DNA of 49,961 nt, from contig NC_067400.1 in NCBI RefSeq assembly GCF_016432865.1, positions 629,314,040 through 629,364,000 of the forward strand, in the 5' to 3' direction. The position numbers and the translations under genes are program-made. Origin of the DNA: Antechinus flavipes (taxonomy: Eukaryota). Below, piece after piece: positions 22,417-33,217 of this stretch. Within the stretch, counting starts at the first letter, position 1, and each line of letters opens with the position of its first letter. The notes below the pieces were generated by a model. That model did no database searches and was not told where the DNA came from. It was given only the letters and a program-made list of their open reading frames with translations.

Positions 22417-24574
22417 GCGGGGCCCAGGCTGCCCCGGACACAGGCCCCCGGACACAGGCCCCCGCCCCGAGCCAACAAAGCCTCCTGAGCCCGTGCCTGG
22501 GCTGCTTGAATTGAGTCCCGTTTTCTGAGCACCTACTGCGCGCCCCGGTCTGCGCTGATAGCTACAGAGAGAAAGGGAGGAGGGGGGCCGAGGCGGGGGG
22601 AGGAGCGAGCGACGAGCGGGGGTCCGCAGGGGGCACCGAGGGAGGGGGCGAGGAGGGAGGCGTCCGGCGGCTCGCCGGCGCCCCCTCCTGCCCGGGGGCC
22701 CCGCTGCCCCACACCTCCGGCCCGGGTGGGGAGGGAGCGATCTGGCCGAACTCTCCTCGGAGAAGGGTCCGGATGCCCGCGATCCCCCCCGAGTGGCAGG
22801 GCCCCGCTCTCTGCAGATCCCTCGGGGTTCCTCGGCCCCCGAGACCCGGCTCCGTGCGGGCGCTCTCGCTGTGTGACCTTGGGCCTCCCCCGGGGCCCCC
22901 GAGATCGGGGGGCTCAGCCTGGGAGCTCTCTGGGCGCCCCCGCCACCTTGGACGGCCTTGGGTTTCCTGCCCTCGGGCAGAGAAAGGGACAAAGCGTTCC
23001 TGGCGGCGGCGGCCGGGCCAGGGAAGGTCAGGCCTTCTCGCCGCCCCTAAGGCCGGGGAGGGAAAGGCCAGGAGGGTCCAGTTACTGGGGGCGGGGGGGC
23101 GGCCGGACGAGGTGGGAGGGTCCGGGGGTCCTGGCGGGCGACGGGCTCCGGCCAACTGCTTGAGAGCTGTCCGAGCACGCCGGGAATCTCAGCTTCCCCT
23201 CACCCGGTAAGCCGGCGACGTAAATAACTTCTGACTGGGCCCCTGGGAGGGGCCGCCCGCGGCGAGGTGCCCACCCTACCAGGTCAGGGGAGGCTGGGGG
23301 ACGGGACGCCTGGGTGCGGGCGGCCTCCCCGGAGCTCCAGGCCGGCCCGCCCCCGGGTCCGCGGCCCCCTCGCTGAGAACAGGGCCCATCCTGGCGGGGG
23401 AGCCCCTGGGCGTGGGCGGCGGGGCAGGCCGGGGGCCGGGGACCCTCGGCCCCTCCCGCCGCGGAGCAGCCTCCGGGCCAAGGGACAGCCCGCCTCCGGG
23501 CACCCTGCCTACTCCCTGGGCCCTAAGTGTGTGCCTAATTACCCAGTTATCCTATCCCAGCCGGCCTCTAAGCCGGAACATCTGGCCCTGGGGCCTGGAG
23601 CCAGCAGCCCCGGGCTCATCCCCCTGCTGACACACGCCGGCCGCCCCAGACCCTCGGAGGGAGCTACAAGGCCCCCACCCCAGCTTGTCCCCGCCAGCTT
23701 CCTCCACGGGCCCCATCGCTAGGAGGGAGAAGCACCCGCAGGGTCTAAGGCCTCGATCCCAGCACCAGAAGGGCCCTGGCTAGAGGGGCCTCTGAGCACC
23801 AAGGGGAAACTGAGGCCCAGCGCTCCTCCAAGGTCACCCCCGGGGCCTCCGTGCTCCGAGAAGCCCCGCTCTCCTGGCACGCCCCCCCCAGCCGAGATGG
23901 CGGGGACCGGTGTGAGGCCGACCTCGGTCACAGCCTGACCTTGGCCAGGTTATTCCTCTGGGTCAGACGGGAGCAGGGTGGCCAGATGTTCCCGGGGGGC
24001 TCTCCCGGACCCCCGTGGCCCCCGCTGGGTCCCGGGGAGGCGTGCCAGGCAGCTCCGGGACGTCGGGGGCAGCCCGCCACAGGGTGCCCGGCCCCAAGCT
24101 GGCGCAGCTTGGCGAGCCTCCCACAGACCCCCGGGAGGGCGCCCGGCTCCCCAGCAGCTGCCTCATCTCAGGCTCATTATCGCCGCCTGTTAATCTCCAG
24201 CACCTGGCAGCAATTAACACGGGGCGGCGGCCCCCCCAAGTCTCTGCCCCCGGCCCAGCGCCACCCCCACCTCTGCACTTCGCTGGGAGAGCATTCCCTG
24301 CCTAATCGCCCGGCTATTTCAGGCTCTGGTGCGAGCCGGAGGCGGCACCGCGGCCCCCTCCTCCCGCCGCTGCCACGGCCTGCCCTCGCGCGCAGGGGCC
24401 GGGGCCCGGGAAGCAGGCACCGAGAGAGCGCAGACGCCAGGCCGCCGGGCAGGGAGCCGGGTGCCGCGGCGGCAGAGGAAGAGGGAGTGTTGGTGGGCAG
24501 GGCTGGCTGGGAAGGAGCCAGGGCCCCAGGTGGCAAGAGGCTGCCCCCCCAGCCCAGGGGCCCACAGGCTGGCT

Positions 24575-27190
24575 CCCACACTTACACTTATTTACACATT
24601 CACACACACACTCCCATAGACACTTATTTACACTCATATCACACAATCACTCACACACTCACACATATACACTTGTTTACACATTCACACACACACTCCC
24701 ATAGACACTTATTTACACTCACAATCACACACACATATACCTATTTACATAATCACTCACAATCACACTCACATATACATGTATTTACACATTCACATAC
24801 ACATACACTTATTTACACTCATAATCCCACACACTCACATATACACTTATTTACACTTGCAATCACACAATCACTCACACACACACATATACACTTACAT
24901 GTTCACACACACTCACATAGACACTTATTTACACTCATATCACACAATCACTTACACACTCACACATATACACTTGTTTACACATTCACACACACACACT
25001 CCCATAGACTTATTTATACTCATAATCACACAATCACTCACACACACACATATACACTTATTTACACTTGCAATCACACAATCACTCACACACTCACACA
25101 TATACACTTATTTACACTCATATCACACAATCACTCACACACTCACACATATACACTTGTTTACACATTCACACACACACTCCCATAGACTTATTTACAC
25201 TCATAATCACACAATCACTCACACACTCACACATATACACTTGTTTACACATTCACACACACACTCCCATAGACTTATTTACACTCATATCACACAATCA
25301 CTCACACACTCACACATATACACTTGTTTACACATTCACACACTCACATAGACTTATTTACACTCATAATCACACAATCACTCACACACTCACACATATA
25401 CACTTGTTTACACATTCACACACACACTCCCATAGACTTATTTACACTCATAATCACACAATCACTCACACACTCACACATATACACTTGTTTACACATT
25501 CACACACACACTCCCAAAGACACTTATTTACACTCATATCACACAATCACTCACACACTCACACATATACACTTGTTTACACATTCACACACACACACAT
25601 ATACCTATTTACATAATCACTCACAATCACACAATCACTCACACACTCACACATATACACTTGTTTACACATTCACACACACATTCACATAGACTTATTT
25701 ACACTCATATCACACAATCACTCACACACTCACACATATACACTTGTTTACACATTCACACACTCACATAGACTTATTTACACTCATAATCACACAATCA
25801 CTCACACTCACACATATACACTTATTTACACATTCACACACACACTCCCATAGACTTATTTACACTCATAATCACACAATCACTCACACACTCACACATA
25901 TACACTTGTTTACACATTCACACACACTCCCATAGACACTTATTTACACTCATATCACACAATCACTCACACACTCACACATATACACTTGTTTACACAT
26001 TCACACACACACACTCCATAGACTTATTTACACTCATATCACACAATCACTCACACACTCACACATATACACTTGTTTACACATTCACACACACATTCAC
26101 ATAGACTTATTTACACTCATATCACACAATCACTCACACACTCACACATATACACTTGTTTACACATTCACACACTCACATAGACTTATTTACACTCATA
26201 ATCACACAATCACTCACACATATACACTTGTTTACACATTCACACACACACTCACATAGACTTATTTACACTCATAATCACACACACATACACCTATTTA
26301 CATAATCACTCACAATCACACTCACATATACATGTATTTACACATTCACATACACATACACTTATTTACACTCATAATCCCACACACTCACATATACACT
26401 TATTTACACTTGCAATCACACAATCACTCACACATATACACTTACATGTTCACACACACTCACATAGACACTTATTTACACTCACAATCATATTCACATA
26501 TACATGTATTACACATTCACACACATATACACTTATTTATACACACACATGCACACTCACATATATACACTTATTTACACTCACATATACATGTATTTAC
26601 ACATGCACACACATATACACTTATTTACACATTCACTCACACTCACATATACACTTTACACTCACAATCACACTCACATATACATGTATTTACACATTCA
26701 CACACATACACTTATTTACACATTCACATACACTCACACTCACATAGACACTTATTTACACGTTCACACACACTCACACTCACATAGACACTTATTTATA
26801 CTCACATATACATGCATTTACACATTAACATACACACACACTCACACTCACATATACACTTACACTCATAATCACACTCACTTTCACACTATATACACTT
26901 ATTTACACATTCACACACTCACATAGACACTTATTTACACTCACAATCACACAATCACTCACACACACTTATTTACACATTCACACACACACTCACATAG
27001 ACATTTACACTCACATATACATGTATTTACACATTCACATACACACATGCACACTCACATACACTTACACTCATAATCAGACTCACTTTCACACATATAC
27101 ACTTATTTACACTCACACTCTATACACTTATTTCCACGTTCACACACACACAATCACTCACATACACACAAACTCTCTCACACACACAGT
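24575..27190. repeat. 2.6-kb CA-rich, G-poor higher-order tandem array (about 80-bp unit)
   Basis: Unit approximately acacatatacacttgtttacacattcacacacacactcccatagacttatttacactcataatcacacaatcactcacactc; more degenerate at both ends. Confidence 0.95.
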
Positions 27191-27274
27191 CCCACAACCC
27201 CCCCCCAAGGTGCAAGGACGCCTCCGCCACGACCACCTGCTCAGACAGGACAGCGACCACAAGGATGCCGAGGC

Positions 27275-27280
27275 TTTATT
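27275..27280 (-). terminator. SBK2: SBK2 polyadenylation signal AATAAA
   Basis: tttatt on + strand, 130 nt past the stop codon, followed on the minus strand by GU-rich sequence. Confidence 0.8.
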
Positions 27281-27410
27281 GCCGACAGGAAGCCGGACCC
27301 GGACCCAGGAGAAAGGAAGGCGGCCGGAGAACAGAAGGGAACAGGAGAAGGCCGGGCAGGGCAGCGAGCAGCAGGGGGAAACTGAGGAAGCGCTCAGAGG
27401 GCCCGGCCCC

Positions 27411-29152
27411 TCACTCGGCCCCCTCCTCTTGCTCCCCCTCCTCCTCCCTCCCTTCCCCCTTCCCGGCCAGCTGCGGGCTCCGGGCCCTCTCCTGCCAGCA
27501 CTGGCCCAGAAAGGCCCGCACGGAGCCCACGGGGCCCCTGAGCCGGGGCCGAGGGTCAAGCAGCAGCCCCAGCAGCCGGTCGGCCGTGGGGCTCAGGGCG
27601 GCCCAAGGGGCGGGGCGGTCGCAGGCCCTCCCAGAGGCTCTCCAGTCCAGGAAGTCCTGGTAGAAGGGGTCCTCCCCGGCTAGCGGCTGGTCCCAGGGGA
27701 AGTAGCCCGTGAGGAGACAGAAGAGAAGGACCCCCAGGGCCCAGGCGTCCAGCGAGGGCTGGATGGGCAGCCCCTGAGGCCGGCGGCCGGGGTCGCAGAG
27801 CTCGGGCGCGGTGTAGGGGATGGGGGGCCCGGCCAGGCGCAGCAGGGTCCCCCGGGGCCGCGTGTGCCCGAAGTCGGTCAGCTTCACCCGCCGGCAGCCC
27901 GGCTCGAAGACCAACACGTTTTCGGGCTTCAGGTCTCGGTATACGAGGCCCCGCGAATGGATGTGCTCCAAGGCCGAGGAGAGCTGCTGCGCGCAGAGCT
28001 GAGCTGCCGCCTCGGGCAGGCCCCTCTGTGGGGAAGCAAGCGAGGCCCCAGGCCCCAGGCTCGGCACCCTCGGCCGGCCCGGGGCCTCCGAGCAGACCCT
28101 GCTTGTCCCCAGCCCTTCGCAGCCGCCATCTCCCACCCACCCACACGGACTCACCGGAATGGGTGACCCGACCCCGACTGTCCCCCCGAGCTCTGTGATC
28201 TTGGGCCGACCAGGAGACCCCCTGATTTACCAGAGCCCCCTCCCCTTCCCTCAGGACCAGCGCCTGCGGCAGAGCCGTGAGCCTCAGCTTCCCCTTCCTG
28301 AGGCCCCTGATGACCCTCTCTGAGGGGTCACCATCCAGCCCCCCGGGGCTCCCCGGGGCCCCTCTTGGGGAGGCTTTCCGGGTACCCCAGAGCTCGGCAG
28401 GAGGCCCCCAGATTCGGAGGCTCCTCCCGCTCCGGGCGCCCCCCCCCCCCCTCCGCGGGATCCGCCGCCCGCGGGCTGCTGACCTACCTTGGGCTGGATC
28501 AGGGCGATGAGGTCCCCGTGCAGGGCCGGCTCCGAGAGGAAGCCGTAGCAGGTCTGGGTCTCCAGCCCAATCCCGTAGGTGGCCACGATGCCGGGGTGAG
28601 AGCCGAGGGTCAGCCCCACACAGAACTCGTACAGGAAGCCCTGGCGCGTCGTGGAGGCCTTGGAGAGAAGCTTGAGGGCCATGGCGGTCCCTGAGGGCCG
28701 TGGGAGGGGAGGGAGAGCAAGGGTTGGCGGAGGCCGCACAGAACCCGGGAGCCCAGAGCCAGACTGGGCGAGACGGGGCCCCCCGGACCGCTCGCTCTGG
28801 GGAAGCGGGGGCCTCCTGGGGCGGGGGCGGGGCTACCCCTCCTTTGGGTAACTCGCCGCCGTGCGGCCTCTGCTCTCCCCGGGGACCCCGGACCCCGGCA
28901 GCCCCGCCCCCGCCAGCTACCTCTTTGTCGGTGGGTGACCAGCAGGACCCGGCCGAAGCGGCCCTGGCCCAGCTGGCGGACCTCCCGGTACAGGTCCTCC
29001 ACCTCGGCCTGCAGCAGCGCCTGGGAGCTCAAAGCCAGCGTGTCCTCCAGGGCCCGGGCGGCCGCCTGCCCCTCCCTCAGCTCCTCCATGGTGAGGTCCT
29101 CCAGGTCCCAGCTCAGGTCCTCCTCATCCTCCTCTCCCTTTTCTCCCGTCAT
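27411..29152 (-). CDS. SBK2: SH3-binding domain kinase family member 2 (SgK069); 3 coding exons, 349 aa
   Basis: complement(join(27411-28025,28488-28690,28921-29152)) = 1050 nt with GT-AG introns. Motifs LGQGRFG, MALK, YRDLKPEN, DFG, YTAPE. GFLYEFCVGL and HTRPRGTLLRLAGPPIPYTAPELC match recalled human SBK2. Confidence 0.95.
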
Positions 29153-31262
29153 GGCTGACTCTGGAAAAGCCGCGCCGGACCAGGGACCAGAGGAGGGGCC
29201 CGCATCGTAGTGGGCGGAGGGCTCCCAGCCTCTCCCCCCGCCCCAAGTGAGCCCAGACCTCCGGGCCCCGCAGGGCCCCCCTCCCTGGGCCCCCAGAGCA
29301 CGTTGGGTGGGGAGCTCGCTGCCAGCTCCGGATGGGTGGGTTTTGAGAGAAAGTCAGAAAACTTAAGAAAGCTGACCACTGAGGCCCAGGGCTGGGGGCT
29401 GGGGGTCGGAGGTCAGAGGAGGCCCCCTCCTCTCTAGACCCCGCCCTCTTGAATCCCTCCCCCTCCCCCCAACCCGGCCTCCAGTGGAGGAAAGATGAAC
29501 CAGGCAGGAGAAGCCAGCCCCCACTGTCTCCAAAGCAAACAAACTTGGGGGGGGGAATCAGAGCCCTCGTTTCACGAGAAGACAGGTGCTCCTCACCCCC
29601 AGGGGCAGGGTTAAGAAGGCTGAAGCAGGGTGGGGGTGGGGGCAGACAAGATGGAGACAGGATTTTGGCACCAGGCGCCTCAGGAACCCAGGAGTCCGGG
29701 CCACGGGCGGCCATGGGGACCCCGGGGCCCGGACCCCAGCCGGAAAACCCCCGGGAGGCCGCGGCCCTCAGTTCTGTCAGGGGCTCGGCATCCCGGCCTC
29801 GGTTCTGGGGGATCTGGGCCCTCGGTCCGGGTCTTACGCTCCGGGCCCAAAGCCCCGGTCTTTTCTCTTCCAGAGACCCAGCAGTTGGGTTCTCATTTCC
29901 CAGGAGCCCCAGCGCCCAGCCCCCCAGCCCCCCGGCCCTTCCCGATGCCCGGGTTCCCAGCCCGAACCTTCACTACTTTTAGGAATCCCCGGCAGGACCC
30001 AGGTGGCTGAGCCCCAAACTCCCCCGGGGCTGTCGGAGAGCGGCTCTGGGGCCCCCAGCTCCTCTCCGGGCCGGGAGCCTGGGAAGGAGCCCAGCCGCTC
30101 GCTCCCCGGGGACTCCGGTGCCCGAGCTCCCGCCCGTGCTGCTCGAGGGTTCCCAGAAGCCCCCGGCCCCGGCTCCATCAGGACCCCATCCCCCACCTGT
30201 CTGACCCCCGCCCGGGGCCCTGGTCTCCAGTTTCCAAGGCCACGGCCCTCGGGCCCCCGAAGAACGCCAAGGTGCAGAGCCCTTGCAGGGGCCCCCACGG
30301 GGAGTTCTGGTGGCTGAGCCGGCAGCCCTCAGCTCAGACCCGGGATGGCCTCGGGCCGCCCGCAGCCCCCAACCCCCTGAAGCCTCACCTCCCCCGAGGG
30401 CTGCGGTCTCTCTCACTACCTCCTCTGGTCAGTGCCCTGGCAGATTGGGGTGGCTGCCAACGCCAAGCCAGGCCATGGGCCCAGAGACCCCGCCCCCTGC
30501 CCCCCTGCCCCGTGGGGGGCCTTGGCCACGCCCCTCCCCCGCGCCCCCCTCCCCCCAGGGCCAGAGCGACACCGTGCGGGCCCTCCAGTTACTGCCCACG
30601 GGTGGGCGCCGGGAGCCTGGCTCCCCCGCCCATCAGAGAGAGCCCCTGTCGGGGGGCCCTCGGACGGCCTGCTCCCGGGCCCCAAGCTCGGCGCCCCCCG
30701 GGCGCGGCCGGACCCTCCCCCAGGCCCTGGATGCTCTGAGCTCACGGCCCACACATCGCTTTGGAATCCAGTTGCCTCATTCTGAGCCCCCCCTCACTTA
30801 GCCCTCACAGCAGGCCCCCGCCCCTCCCTCCTCCTACTGGCTCTGGCCCATCAAAGGGGCACCATGGGGGCGGGGCGGGGGCAGGGCGCCCTCCTCGCCC
30901 GTTCTGGGGCTTTCTTAGGGGCCGGGCCCGAGGGGCCCCCCTCCCCCCGCAGGGGCAGGAGCCGGGCAGAGGCGCACGGGGGCGCTCCCTGGGTCTGGCT
31001 CCCTAACGGGGGACCCCGACGGCGGGCGCTCAGCGGGCACGGGGCCTTCCCAGCAACATCTGCGAACTGACCTCATCGGCTCCCAGCTGCCCTGCTTCAA
31101 ATCCCGCCCGCCCTGCCCGAGTGCGGCCGGGGGCGCCCCTCCCCCCGGGGAGGGGTCTGAGGACGGGGCAGCATTTGCACCCAGATCCCCTGACGCGCCC
31201 GCGCCCTCCCAGCCCAGACTCCATTTCTCCAGGACAAAGGAGACACGTGTGGCCAGGGAAGC

Positions 31263-31268
31263 TTTATT
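31263..31268 (-). terminator. SBK3: Probable SBK3 polyadenylation signal AATAAA
   Basis: First tttatt downstream of the SBK3 stop codon (about 1.95 kb away). Confidence 0.55.
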
Positions 31269-31489
31269 TGATAAACGTGGCTTTTCCTTGCCCGGTCCCG
31301 CCCCCAAGCCGTCCTATCCAAGTGGTTAAGAGCCCTGAGAGCCTCCGTCCTTCCCCTGGGCCCCGTGTGGCCCTGAGGCAGTGGCTGAGGGAGGCTGTGC
31401 TCGGGGAGGGGGCCCACAGAGGCGGCTCCAACCCCAGCTGCCCCTCCCGGGATGCCAGCCAGGGCATCTGCCCGCCTGCAGTGAATCAC

Positions 31490-33045
31490 TGGGGCTCCCA
31501 AAGGGGCAAGGGAGCCGCCCCCCAACAGTGACAGGGGCAAGGGAGCCGCCCCCCCAAAGGGCCAAGGGAGCCACCCCCCAAGAGTGACAGGGGCAAGGGA
31601 GTCGTCCCCCAAAGGGGCAAGGGAGCCGCCCCCCCAAAGGGGCAAGGGAGCCGCCCCCCCAAAGGGGCAAGGGAGCCGCCCCCCAAGAGTGACAGGGGCA
31701 AGGGAGCCGCCCCCCCAAAGGGCCAAGGGAGCCGCCCCCCCAAAGGGCCAAGGGAGCCACCCCCCAAGAGTGACAGGGGCAAGGGAGCCACCCCCCAAAG
31801 GGGCAAGGGAGCCGCCCCCCAAAGGGGCAAGGGAGCCGCCCCCCAAGAGTGACAGGGGCAAGGGAGCCTCCCCCCAAAGGGGCAAGGGAGCCTCCCCCCA
31901 AAGGGGCAAGGGAGCCGCCCCCCAAGAGTGACAGGGGCAAGGGAGCCTCCCCCCAAAGGGGCAAGGGAGCCTCCCCCCAAGGGGCAAGGGAGCCGCCCCC
32001 CAAGAGTGACAGGGGCAAGGGAGCCTCCCCCCAAAGGGGCAAGGGAGCCTCCCCCCAAAGGGGCAAGGGAGCCGCCCCCCAACAGTGACAGGGGCAAGGG
32101 AGCCGCCCCCCCAAAGGGCCAAGGGAGCCGCCCCCCAAGGGCCAAGGGAGCCACCCCCCAAGAGTGACAGGGGCAAGGGAGTCGTCCCCCAAAGGGGCAA
32201 GGGAGCCGCCCCCCAAAGGGGCAAGGGAGCCGCCCCCCCAAAGGGGCAAGGGAGCCGCCCCCCAAGAGTGACAGGGGCAAGGGAGCCGCCCCCCAAAGGG
32301 CCAAGGGAGCCGCCCCCCCAAAGGGCCAAGGGAGCCACCCCCCAAGAGTGACAGGGGCAAGGGAGCCTCCCCCCAAAGGGGCAAGGGAGCCGCCCCCCCA
32401 AAGGGGCAAGGGAGCCGCCCCCCAAGAGTGACAGGGGCAAGGGAGCCTCCCCCCAAAGGGGCAAGGGAGCCTCCCCCCAAAGGGGCAAGGGAGCCGCCCC
32501 CCAAGAGTGACAGGGGCAAGGGAGCCTCCCCCCAAAGGGGCAAGGGAGCCTCCCCCCAAAGGGGCAAGGGAGCCGCCCCCCAAGAGTGACAGGGGCAAGG
32601 GAGCCTCCCCCCAAAAGGGGCAAGGGAGCCTCCCCCCAAAGGGGCAAGGGAGCCGCCCCCCAACAGTGACAGGGGCAAGGGAGCCGCCCCCCCAAAGGGC
32701 CAAGGGAGCCGCCCCCCCAAAGGGGCAAGGGAGCCGCCCCCCAACAGTGACAGGGGCAAGGGAGCCACCCCCCAAAAGGGCAAGGGAGCCGCCCCCCCAA
32801 AGGGGCAAGAGAGCCACCCCCCAAGAGTGACAGGGGCAAGGGAGTCGTCCCCCAAAGGGGCAAGGGAGCCGCCCCCCAAGAGTAACAGGGGCAAGGGAGT
32901 CGTCCCCCAAAGGGGCAAGGGAGCCGCCCCCCCAAAGGGGCAAGGGAGCCGCTCCCCAAGAGTGACAGGGGCAAGGGAGCCTCCCCCCAAAGGGGCAAGG
33001 GAGCCGCCCCCCCAAAGGGCCAAGGGAGCCACCCCCCAAAGGGAC
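31490..33045. repeat. 1.55-kb minisatellite of 24/25-bp and 31-bp units (aaaggggcaagggagccgcccccc / aagagtgacaggggcaagggagccgcccccc)
   Basis: Tandem units with irregular alternation of two variants. Confidence 0.95.
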
Positions 33046-33217
33046 AAGGACCCGGCCCTCTGGAGGAGGTGAGAAAGGCCGCCTCCCCCCTCCCCCTCAC
33101 ACCAGCTGTCTCCTCAGTCCAGGTGGCTCCTGACTGTGGGGGGGCCTGAGGGGGGAACCTGGCAGGGGCCCAGGCCACCTGCCTCACCACCTGGCCAGGG
33201 AGTCCCTGGAGCTGGAC

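Noticed and set aside
24779-27683. His/Thr-rich ORFs
   Set aside because: Translations of the CA-rich array.
29161-31260. SBK2 non-coding exon 1 and promoter
   Set aside because: An acceptor at 29161 implies an upstream exon, but several donor-like sites (about 29595, 30388, 30796) are equally plausible, so none is called.
31097-33190. 500-700 aa Gly/Pro/Leu ORFs in three minus frames
   Set aside because: Produced by a stop-free minisatellite; all frames are open and there is no ATG/Kozak or splice support.
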